Positions 1-12,727 of a DNA stretch of 64,000 bases are shown here, piece by piece. The DNA is taken from positions 26,846,001 to 26,910,000 of the forward strand of contig CM022670.1 in NCBI GenBank assembly GCA_012295275.1. Direction: 5' to 3'. The DNA is from Chrysomallon squamiferum (taxonomy: Eukaryota > Animalia > Mollusca). Within the stretch, counting starts at the first letter, position 1. Each line of letters starts with the position of its first letter. Under the pieces are notes generated by a model. That model saw only the letters and a list, made by a program, of their open reading frames with translations. It was not told the DNA's origin and ran no database searches. The position numbers were made by a program, and so were the translations under genes.

Positions 1-22
1 AATGTGAATTGAAAAAACTTAC

Positions 23-3000
23 TTGATGGTCAATGACATATTTCTTTCCACAGCCAAATCCACCACATGATGCTATAGAATTTTCAAGATTTGCTGTCAC
101 CAAATCAATTTCATCAATCTGAAATTTAATTTACATAGCATAAATATTAAAAAGGAAATATGAACAATTTCATTAATGGAGAATAGATTCTATGGCAAAA
201 TAATATCCTCTTTTGAGTAACTTTCGTCACTGCAGAGTTCATGGTTTTTACTTTCCTATGCTTATAGTGACTACTTTAATGGTTGAAACTAAACAAAAAA
301 GGTAACTGAATGTTTGGTGTATTGTAACTTGTTTTTATCGGTCTATTGCAATACCTGAGAACTGCCTTTTACTTCTAACACAGAAACTTTAATTTCTTAT
401 TCCATTTAACGTGGATTTAAAAAAAAAAAAACACAAAAATCTTTAAAAATACAAATACTACAAATGGTTTTTCCAATAGTAACTTTTCTCACTGTTGAAA
501 TGTGTAGGTGTGGCAGTCCAAATGAATGGTCTTAAAAAGTTCTGTATAGCTTAACACTATTGCCATAACGGTTTGGTGCAATCTTTTCATAGTTTAGAAT
601 AAAGTATTACGATAAAATAATACTGTCACAAAATATCAGAATGCTGCCATTTCCCACTTCATTTTGTGCAGAGTGATAATGGTATTTTTTCCTGTACACA
701 ATGATATCATGACTATATAAAAATGGTAGTGTCTACATATTTTTTAACAAAGATAGGACAGCAAGAAAAAAAAGAAAACAGAACTTCAAGGAATTCAAAA
801 TGTATTAGACAATTTCTTTTTATCACCAAACATATACTTTAATAAACTCATGTACAATATTTTACCTGGTAATCTACTGTTCAGTTGCTTATATTTTATA
901 GAACTAAAAAAAAGAAAACTTACAGAAATTCCATAGTGCTCTGTCACACCTCTGCCTGTCTTGCCTAGCACAGCAAATGATAAACTTTCTTCTATGAAAA
1001 TCCTCACTTTGTATTTCCATTTGAGCTCCACCTAAACATAAAAGTAATAAATTAAAATAATTTTCCTAGAGAAATATTTGCTCCTTAGTTCATGAATCTC
1101 TATTTCATTTAATATAAAACAGTATTAAATTTTTACACTGACTTTCTTATTTATCTATCAAGGTTTTTTTAATTTTTTTTAATTTAAAAATTATTAATAA
1201 ACAATGATAAATGGTTCACCAAAACTGTTAAAAAAAATCTCTTGCTAGACTCCTTTAACAGCTGTGATGATCAAGTAATAACAACTTACTAATCGAGGAA
1301 GAGGAACAATATCTCCATAGTTCATCGATAGACCTTCTACAACAATAAACTTTCTTGTTACTTTAGCTTTCTTAGGATTCTGAAAAAATATTAAAAAATT
1401 AAAATCATTATAGCACAAATAAAATAAGTACTGTACTCACAAGAGAGGTCAAGTTAAACGAAATAATTAAAAAACAATATTAATAATAATCCAGAAAGAA
1501 AAAAAATTCAAGTTTAAAATGCATCTTTAAATGCCAGACAATTTAGTTAACTAACATATGGCAGTGCAATCTTTGTTTTACTTATCTGATTCACTGTATA
1601 TTAATAACAATAGATTGACAGTCCACTATTAAATGTTACATGTAATGGTCTTGATTTCTATAATGCTTCATAAATGTCCATTTTGCATCAATCCAATTAC
1701 TACACAAATAAATGCCGATCAAACTGCAGGTCATTTAATACGTATTTGAAGGTGACTTCCAATTTATATTTTGTATAAGTGGCAGATAAATTAATGCTTA
1801 ACCTTTTTATCCTTTTCTGCTTGTATTTTCAACACTCTCTCCAAATCATCCATGTCATTATGCTTGAAATAGATAACTGTGCTGCGGCTAGCGACAACAC
1901 CTTTCTGTACAGAAAAACATGCACCTTCATCACTGAAACAAAACATTTAAACACTGTAAAAACTAAGGTTTAATAACCACCAACATTCTTCTGTAATATT
2001 TATCAGTGAAATTAAAAATAAGAAAATGCCTGTTATAACATTTTATGAATTAGTGAACTCTGGACTGCAATGCTGTTACTTTAACAATCAAAAATATGAA
2101 AGACTTCCTTAAAATTTTACAAATTAATACCTGGTGGAATGGGGTGCTCTTAGTTTTGTTATTACCAACATTAATAGTATTAATTATTAAAGTAAATTAG
2201 GTAGAAGTTTAATTGACAAGATTTTCACACTCACATTGATGTAACAAATTTTTTAAAAAGTGTTGACTAGGGAGGTTTTGTGATCAGTTAACTTAAAATA
2301 ATAAAATTTTGTTTAAAATAGCAATTTTTACCAGAATACAATATCTCCTCTTTTTGCATAAGCTGGAATAGCACTAGCTATGGTGGAGAAACCATACGAA
2401 TACAGAATGGATTCCTCAGTGTGCATAAATTTAGCAAGCTGGTTTTCCAGATCTAAATGAACATCTGAAAAACATTTATTAAGAGAATTAATTTATAAAT
2501 GTATAATAATTAAAAAAAATAAATAAATAAAATAAAAGCTGATTAAAAATTATTATGAAAAAAATAAGCTAAACAGCTTCTAAATACAAGATTTCAACAG
2601 AAATAGAAGGTAAAGATATTTCAGCAAAACAAAACAAAAAATCATTATTTAATTTTAATGGTATTTTTAATTATCCAATTACCAAATGTTCCATAGAAAC
2701 CTCTTGGACCACAGGAACCTACACCATAGACTTTGAGAGTCTTCAGTGCTGCTTCCTAAGAAAAGACAAGAAATGAAAAATAATAAAAAGAAATACAGAT
2801 AATAATTTATATCTAACATAACCATGACTGAAATAAATCACAATTGAGTTTTCTGTTTATCTTTTGAGGATAAATTATTTGTTTGGCTATGATACCTTAT
2901 AATGTTAATATGAATGCAAACAATTTTAATTCAACTATGTTAATATAATCTAACACAGAGATGGCCACCTTTTGGAGAGAGGGGTCAGACAGCTACCCAG

Positions 3001-6000
3001 CGTTTTGGAGGAGGGCCAAGATATCAAATGTTTTATAGATACACACACACACAGCAATATCTCCCCCTCTCTTAATTGTACTTGTAATACTGAGCAATAA
3101 AAAGGGATGGTAGGAAGCAAGGCTGCTTTGGTCTGGAGGCTTAAAGAAAAAACAACAAAGTTAACGTAATAATTGGTGTCCAAGTGTTAAGCTGGCAGGC
3201 TGGACAAAAATCCACTGTGGCTCATGTACCAAGGGTTGCTGACCCCTGATCTAAAAGTTTCATCTTTGATGATTAAGTGAATTAGCAGAAATCATAGGAT
3301 GATAATTCATTTTTGTAATACTTTGACATGTATGCAACTACATGTTTGCCAATACAAATAATTTTTACCCTGACCAGTTTAAATTCCAGCTAACAAGTAG
3401 TTTTCACAATTAAACTGGAACTAAAGTGAAACTGAATCACATTACATAAACAAGTTTCCAATATTTTCTTTATATTTAATACATTTGTTATGACTTTACG
3501 AATTGAGAGAACTTTTAACCAACCTCAATGGTTTTGTCTTCTGCCATTCCAAGGAAGTTGAATGTGGCCATATTCAAACATTTCTTTCCTCCAATGTTTA
3601 GAAACTTGCTTGGCCGACTGAAATGAAATTAGCAATTTAATGTTTATTTTACTTTTATTTCCTTAACTAAAACAAGTATTTAAAATATTCAAAAGCTGAC
3701 AACTATCTTTTAATAAACTGAATGTTCGTATGCTTCTGCAACTGTCATAGTTTATAACTCAAAAAAAGTTTAAAAAATTTTAAATTTTAAAAACCAACTT
3801 AGGAATTGTTTCTCAAAAATAAAATAATTTTGTCCAAAATTAAATATTCAATACTTTTGACACTTCACAAATTTTTCATAATGAAAATCCAAGCAGTTAT
3901 ATGTAGAATTAAATGTGAATGAATTTTCAGAATCAATGGTTCCAAAAAATATCATGTATTAAAATTTACCAGCAAGTGCAAATCAGCCACTGCAGTAATT
4001 TATAATGACAGGATATTAACAAATGCCTTATTACAAAAACAGTGCATGAAGAAACAAATTATAAAGCTCTAGAGGAGTGCTCTGTTTTACTTACTTACCC
4101 AGATATCATATTTTTCTCCATGGCCACAATGATTGGATGGTCATCAGGAACATCTGGAACTAGGGGTTCAGGGTTCCATTCTGCAATAAGCTCTTCTTTT
4201 TCCTAGTTAAACATGAAATAACACAAAACTGTAAATAATATTCAATGCATAAAAAATAATTTCCCAATTATTTAGAAACATAAAAATAACTTAACATTTG
4301 TTTTTCTTCCAAAATATGAATTAAGTATACGGAAGTGAAACTGAATAATATAAAATATAAAAAATAAAATAAAATAAAAATTTGAAAGACTTTTATCAAA
4401 AAAATATTGTGAATGTTGAACAAATTATATTTCACTGACAACAGCAATATCTATTAATTTAAACTGGCCAATTTAAAATTCATGTTTATATACCTCTTCT
4501 GTGAGGACAGGTTTTGTTGGAGAATAACTTTTGGAGAAAATTAATTTGACTATCCAAAGTATAAGAAATGCTTCGAGCATCAGATGGTAAAGTGGTGCCT
4601 GCAAAGAAAACAAAAATTACATTTTAGATTTTAAAAAACAAATAAAAATATCAGTTATTTTCAGTCAGTTTATTATTATTATTTTCATACCCATCTTCAG
4701 TAAACTATATTAAAAAAAAACACAAAACAATCAAACATTTGATAATACTGAGGATATTCATTTCATTAAAATTTCATAGCTGTATTATCTAAACTAATAA
4801 TGCTATTATTCTTTTTTTCCAAGATAATTTGTGAAACATTAACAATATAAAATACATTTAATCAGTGGTTTAAAATCTTTAAAAATTTATGAACTTTGTA
4901 ACAGTAATTTTGTTGTTGTTTGTACTTAGGAAATATTGTAATTTTATATATATATATATATATATGTGTGAGATGATCAAATCAGCATACTGGATTTCAC
5001 CCATAAATGATTATACAATAAAATAAAATAAAATAACAAAATAATGCAACATAACATAACATAACATAACTTACAGTCAGTTAACTCATTACTTTTATCA
5101 GTACTGGTTTCATGAGGTTAATTTATCTGCTTAATGGGGAACAAAATATAAATTTGCTCATCCAAATGTTATAGCAGAACTAAGGATACACATATATATT
5201 ATTATAATCTTCATATTTATATTATTCAGGTTAAGAAATTGAAAAATGGAGCCCCTACTGGTCCCTGCTACTTTTAGGCTAAATTCTATGCTGGAAAATA
5301 CCTTTATCTATATAAAACTGTTTCTAGATTAAGAAAAATTGGCACCTAGAAAGCGTTCAAGTTAACATTTTAAGCTACCAAAACATGTCGAAATTAGTTG
5401 TCATAAAATAAAATACAATTATAAAAACTATAGTTGTATACCAAGATCCAGACTTACATATATTTGTTTTTAATTTCTATGGTTTGAACTTATAACTTCA
5501 AAAATATCTAAATAAATAAATAAATAAATATTATAATAAATAACAGTAATAATAAATATAAAAAAAAAAAAATTCTTAACATGAAGAAAAAAGCATGCAA
5601 GAAATATTTTTAATTCAAAATTCATGTGAACAATTGATTATGAGAATAATAGCACAATATCAAATAGCATGCATTAGTACACAGAAAAATAAATTACTTC
5701 ATTCAAACACAATTTCATATATGTGTATGTGAAAACATTTCATGAACTTAATCTTCCATACTTTCTGTGACAATGACACTGCAGTGCTTAATTAAATTAC
5801 TTTCAATGAAAGTCAGCAGAATAGGCAAGGTGAGTCCATAGCATGTGTGTACCTACAAATATATCTGTAACAATTGTTTTTATTCTGGTAGTTAGTTTCT
5901 ATTGTAAAATGAATATAGTATTATACTATCTTTGAAATTAATCTCATTTTCAGTGCATGTGTTTTGAATTTCTATTAATTTTACAGGCCTTGTCTATACT

Positions 6001-6779
6001 ATAGTAATTTGATGTCAGATACCTTCTTCCAGTTACTGAAAAAAATGAAACTTGTTTAACAGTCTGTTAACATTTCTGAAAGAAATTGTTTTCATTAGAA
6101 ATTTAACTCTAGGTTTAAATGAAAAACACTTTTGATGATAAATTTTGTTTCTATCATTTTTTGTTTTAACTTGTTTTCTGGTATGGTCATTTGTTACTGT
6201 AATCAGTCGTATGTCAGTAATCTTGAAAGTTATAGACCTAGTTAGTAACAGTGCAGGTTCTACTGAATATAAAGCGGTTATTGGTTGATCTGATAAGCAA
6301 ACGTGACCTTAAACATTTTTATATTTGAATAACACAAAATAAGGGCAGTCTGAATGCTTGAATCAGTGAATGAGTGGATCTAGGTTTTGGAAATAATTAT
6401 AACATGAACTTACGACTCATTTCAAAGAAAAGGTGAAAAGAAAGAAATATAAAACTAATGGAATCACAAATGTACATGTGACAGGAATGTGATGTGAAAT
6501 AATTAAACAATATATGTTCTTTAAATCATATATTTATGTATGTAAACCATTAAGACAAATTGTAAGCCTACTTCCTGTGGCTGTATCAGCGTATCCATCG
6601 CAGTATACAAGACTTTAGACACGATCCATTCGTCACATATACAAATATTTCTGGAACAGACGTAACTGAACTGTTTATTAATTAATAATAAACGTGCTGA
6701 ACCTACTAATAAGTCTTAATACCTGCAAAAAACCCTGAACAAGATCATACATGTCCCATGTTGCTGGTACGTAAGCCAT
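23..6779 (-). CDS. SPTLC1: Serine palmitoyltransferase subunit 1 (LCB1), first 10 coding exons; gene continues beyond the window start
   Basis: Phase-consistent GT-AG exons (in transcript order): 6723-6779, 4494-4598, 4099-4202, 3524-3617, 2683-2755, 2332-2464, 1803-1932, 1290-1379, 924-1031, 23-118 (990 nt, 330 aa). Translation gives [110 protein letters not shown] and [12 protein letters not shown], all typical LCB1 motifs. Confidence 0.96.
2956..3248. mobile_element. hAT (Charlie-type) MITE remnant in SPTLC1 intron 4
   Basis: Left end CAGAGATGGCCACC and right end GGTTGCTGACCCCTG (reverse complement CAGGGGTCAGCAACC) form degenerate TIRs. The 8-bp flanks ATCTAACA (2948-2955) and ATCTAAAA (3249-3256) match at 7/8 and fit the NTCTAGAN target preference of Charlie elements. 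The insert is GC-richer than the intron. Confidence 0.72.
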
Positions 6780-6824
6780 GGTGCCGTTTCAAACAATGCG
6801 TCAATGTTGAAGCGCACTGTATCG

Positions 6825-6900
6825 TAAGTACTTCCGGTTCAAAGTTTTAGTAATTTAGTTCGTGCGAAGTGGTAATAGTATCATGACACATGCGCGAAAT
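6825..6900 (-). promoter_or_regulatory. SPTLC1 proximal promoter: ETS site and E2F-like site
   Basis: ACTTCCGGTT at 6830-6839 (CCGGAAGT on the sense strand) and GCGCGAAA at 6892-6899, in a CpG-containing patch just upstream of the ATG at 6779. Confidence 0.5.
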
Positions 6901-9900
6901 GTAATTAAAAAAACAACATAAAATTGATAATAAACAACTTTTTTTTTTTTAATTTTCAATCAAGCAAACTATACAGAATATTACTGTAAAAGGAAGTTTT
7001 ATAAGTTTTGTATTTTAAACTTTACTCCATGATAATTAGTAGATTTTATTTACCGATTTAGAAATGATGCATAAAATAAAAATGTATTGTATAAAATAGT
7101 AAAATATATGTTTGATTGCATTTTTAAAAATAATTTTGTTGCAATGAATTTTTTCTGATTGACTGGAAACCAACTAATTAAATAAATAATTATAAAATAA
7201 AAAGTTTGTAACTGAATGCAGATTTTATTTTGACAACTTTATTATTTTATATTTTTAGTTAATAGCAAGGAAGCTTTTAATCTTCCCAGATATAAAACAC
7301 ATAGCCTTTGGTGGTAAACCAAAACAATCAGCCATTTTCTGGAACTGAAAGAAGACTGATAATTATATTGTGAAGTTATCCAGAGCGTATTACATTTTTG
7401 CAGTTTATTGTTATTATAAATATTTGAATGGTATTGACCAACTTCCTGATTTGTGTCAGGTTTTGGGGGTTTACAACCTACTTATAATAATTCTTTTAGT
7501 AGATGATGTTTTTAGTCAGCAACTCAGTAACAAACAAAAAAAAGAAAGAAAAAAAGAGAAGAAAAAAAAAATACTGTAAAAATCACAATACAATGCAAAA
7601 AAGAACAAAAACCAGTAATGTTTTTAAAGTATTTTATACTACCAATATAGATGTACTTAAAATTTAATGATCAATGAATATAGACATCTGGTAAAACTAT
7701 GAAAGGCAAGTAAAGACAAAATACACAGGATATTTTCATGACATACTTTCAAAACATTTGATTATAAAGAGAAAAATAAAATTTATCAGTGCAACACTTT
7801 ATGACAGATGTCATATTACACCCAAGAATTAAATTATACGACAGAGAGAGAAAACTCTTTCACTTTATTACTCAATATGTAATGTGAACTCCTATATAAT
7901 TTCTTTATTTTTTGTTTAATAGAAAGAAAATCTTATGCTCCACAAAAACCTATTAAATTTGTAATGAAACAATACAAATGTCCAGCTGTAAGTTACAAAT
8001 TTTCTTTAAAATAAATTTTTTTTAAAATTAAAACAGAATTCAAAAGTTATTATTTTGAAAGAAAAAAAAAATTGGAAAACATCATTTCTACTGAGCATTT
8101 TAGATGTAAATATAGGTGATCATGTTTATACAATAAAGATTATTTATAGACATGGTCCTTCCAAGGATTTATGATTTCAAGACACCCCGAATCATGGATT
8201 TATGTCTTAGAACCCACCATCAGTTGCTCATATTATGAAACAAATAAATTACTACATGAATAATTATGAGTGATAATGGAAAGATTCATCAGTGATGATC
8301 CTGGAATAATTAGCAACATTACATCAACCTGTTAAATTTCTTTGCTGTGTTCAAATATAAACCTATATTAAACTGATAGCTCATAAAAAGAAGAAAAACA
8401 ATTTCTGAACTGCATAAAAAGTATCAAACTTGATTTCCAAAAATATTGCATGGTAATATTAAAATGGGTTTGCATTTTTTGTTTAAATTTATACATCGCT
8501 CATGTTTTTCAATTATAAAAAAAAAAAAAAATTCCTGTTTGTCCACTTTTTAAAATGAATGAATATGCCCCCCATCCCCATCAGATATATAATACAAATA
8601 TATAATGTGCAATAATTTGAAGTATTTTAAAAATTAAATTTGTCATTGGTACATAATAAATGTTAAAATTATTTTTTTATGTAATGCTTTATCAGTTCAG
8701 ACCCACTTAAACCAATATGCCTGGTTGCACCATTCCCTTCTGCAAGCCAGTGAGAAAGAATTACCAAAATTAATCCACACCAAAAAACATCATTCAAGAC
8801 AGCTGATTTCATATACATAAAATCACAGTATGTCAAAATATCTAACAATGGATATACATGTATTTATGACAGGAAAAAAAAAAAAAAAAGTTACAAAATA
8901 ATAATAATAATAATAATAATAAATCTGATTATAATCTAAACTGGAAATAACGGTAATTTTTTTTTTTTTTTTTTAATATTTTTTACATACATTAATAATG
9001 ATTTAACAGTAGAGAAAAAATCATAAGATAAAATTTTAACAATGTAAACATGTCAGAACAAATAAAAATATGTGTCTGTATTTATTAAAGACAATCTTAA
9101 TGGTATTCATTTAATCCTGCTGCTGAACAAAGTATGCATTTGTAACTCATAATAACAATTATTTTATATTCAAAGATCCATATTCAAAATAATTTTAATT
9201 TTTAGACAAACAATGAAATTTGAGACAATGTGCTATAAAAAAAAAGATGAGAAAAATCACATGCAGATTATTGGATAAAAAAACCCAAAACATTTGTAAT
9301 AATATAATTAAGAACATATATTTTAACAGAAACAACAAAACAAAGCATTGTTGTGAATCAACACTTTACTAATCCATCATTATTCTACTCAGAATATGAT
9401 TTTTTGTTTTTAATTTATCTTAAGTCAAGCACCAACTAAAAATCTTTAAAATCTTTCAAATTGAATTGTGTAAAATTTTACTAAGTATGCTCATCATCCT
9501 AATGTTTTTAACTAATAAAAGGAAAATAAACATAAATCAAAATTTGGAAATTTTAATTACAACCATGTTAACATTTTAATATGTAACATGGAGATGTTCC
9601 AGTCAGGTAAATATAAATATGTATTAAATTTCTAAAATCATAACACTACATTATTTGTTTTGTAAAATTAAGCTGTTTATTTTGCTGATGAACTTAGGTG
9701 CAAGTGGGTGAGACTATTAATACATAATTTACTAAGCATGTCCACACAAGGACATTACAGGCAATATTAAAGCAAACAAGAATAAAATCTCAATATTACA
9801 TATATGTCGGAGTATAAGAATTATATTAGCCTTGAGTAGATCAGTCAAAGATGTAACAAAAATATTGTTTAATTGAATAACAGATACTCATGAAATTAAG

Positions 9901-10391
9901 TTCATATAGGGATTTATATTCACAACTTATCACACTGAAAATGGCCAGCTTATCACTCTGGCTTATCAACAATCTATACAACATAATGTACAATTCAGTT
10001 AAACTCTGTCACACTATACAGAAACAAAAATAATGGGAAAGGAAATAAAAGATGAAGAAAGAAAGGCTGAACATTTCAATAAAGGAATGACTTTTCCTAC
10101 AAAAAAGAGAAAGAAATTTACTGAGTATTTGTTTCATAACAATTATCTTAAAAGGATGTTTTGAAATAATAAAATATAACAATTTTTTTAAATATCTGTT
10201 ACATAAACCTATTCATGAATAAATTAGTTATTTTTCAGATTACTAGATTAAATTTTTACAATGACCACAACATGGGCTCCATTTTTCTCAAGATGTTTAA
10301 CAATAATTATGAAAGAATAATATTATTTGTATTTGGTTTTCAAAATTTTATAAGTTTTACTCACCAAAACTTTTCCCTTTTTGTCTCTTCT

Positions 10392-10431
<40 letters not shown>

Positions 10432-12727
10432 ATTTTAAATTTAAAATCCTATAATTCAGATGAAATAGTTTATGTACTTTTATCCTTCTTGCAATGTACC
10501 ATTTGTTGGATGATTTGTGTGAAATATTTTGCCTACAGTATTAAGAGGGTTAAGTCTGTTGTTTTCTACATCTGTGGGATTTTATTAAAATACAGGACAT
10601 TCTCTTTTTGACCAGAAACTAATTAACAAAATATTCACTGGTTTAGAAATATATATATATTAAAAAACAAAAAGTAACAGATGAGGAAGTGAAAATAAAT
10701 AAGGAATAATAATGTTTGGCTCAATCACATTTTACAAGAAACAACTATGGCATCACAGAAGACCAACAAGGAAGATGCATCAGAAATTTGTATCTTCATG
10801 ACAGACTGATAGCAACAACTATCTCATAATGATTATTCACAATTATTTGATATTAAAGCCCTTATTCTTTTGTATTTATACAAACATTGTCAAAGAAGAT
10901 CCAAAAACTTGTTAAAAGCAAAATAGGAAATATTTAATTATTTCATCACAATTTCTTTAACACATTAGGAGGATTTCTAAAGATTATAGTTTAATTGTTG
11001 ATCATGGAAATTATTATTATTATTAATTTATTTAATTAATTTTTTTTAATGCTATTTGATGCATTTGTTTTCTGGTTTAACCTCTCATGTTACACAGTAT
11101 TTAAAAAAAAAAATAGTAATTGAAATTTGAAAAAAAGAAAAGTGAGAGAGAATAAAAAAGAAGAATATATCATTTGGTTTTCTTTAATAAATTCATTGCT
11201 AATTATATTTAATTGAACAGTCACAGTGATTAACACAACATCACAAAATTGTATCCATAAATTTAAAAGCTGACACTGAAAGGCTGTGAACTATTCACAC
11301 TGATCAACAAACAATATAATTAAATCATTCAACTAGAAACATGTTCAGCAGTAGACCAGTCCTATATTAATTTACATAATTATATAAACATTTACAACTA
11401 GGTAAACTTGTTGAAGGAATCTGCAATAATTTATCTAATATATTTGATATTAGTTTTGAAATACTTTCTAAAAGTGTAATCTGTTAAATTAATTTTTTTA
11501 AATTTGTAATAAATTTAAAAAAACCCTGTTTACTTGCTAATCTATTAATTTGTATTAAGGATAAAAATGATCAATTACAGATTACAAGAGATTACACCTG
11601 TATTTCTAAAATAAAAAAAGAAAAAGGTAACCTATTTTCAAATTTAAATGCTATTTCAGAATGTTCAAAGAATAAGACAACAAAAAGAGCATGCTGTTTA
11701 AATAGATAAATTTTCCAATCATTATTACTTTGTTGCTATCCACCTTTGGCTTATATACGTTATTTAATTCACATAAACTTCAACTTAAGAAAACATAAAT
11801 ATAAATATTTAACAATATACAATTAAACATGCATTTTTGATGAGATGCAACAAAAATAAACGACATGATTGACGTAACACACATATATAAAGATCTATAT
11901 ATCTTTTTTTGTATAATATATTTACAAAACAAATTATCTATATAAATTAAAATATTGGAATAATTTTGAAGTACAGTGGAATATGTGAACTTAAAGATGC
12001 AATGTTGCCATATAATCTTGTGCTGTATTTCAAATTTAACATTTTCTGCAATTTAGAACCCTACCATCAAAAGATTAAAGCTCTAAATTAATCAAATTAA
12101 TTAATAATTTATTTAATCCATAAGATTATAATTTGTTAAAATAATTATGCAAAATAATACAGTTTTAAATTATTAAACTCCTGGAGTTCCAGAAGACAAA
12201 ATCAAAATAAAAGTGAAAAACTAAAATTAAAAGGAAAATGCATTAAAAGAGAAGGCATAGCCATTGTTGAAGTATCTTCAATATAAATAAATATGTATTA
12301 TCACTGAAATGCATCAATAAGTATTTTTTTTAAAGAAATATTAAAATGTTATTTTGTTGACCACAGAGCAAAAATTAAGTACTTTTATCAAGGTATAATA
12401 AGAACAAATATGTAATCATGCACATTAAAAGTTTTCCACATGTGGTTCATGAAAATTCCACTGTACCAATAAAAATCATGGCTATCAAAAGCATCCACTT
12501 TAAAAAATTATTTTTCTCAAAATTTAAAAATCTTATGATTGCACAGACATGAATTTTTAATGTTCTTTTTTCATCTTATTAAAATGTTTCTCCAATTTCA
12601 TTCTGTTGATTTAATTCTATAGACAGTTTATAATTTACAACTAGGATTTCAAAAAATATTTTCCATTACAATGAATTTTCTCATTTAGATTTCATATGCA
12701 ATAATCCCATTTATGTTACAGCAAACG

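Noticed and set aside
5820-6040. Plus-strand donor/acceptor-like sites in SPTLC1 intron 1 (possible antisense RNA)
   Set aside because: Isolated splice-like words are expected by chance; no further support.
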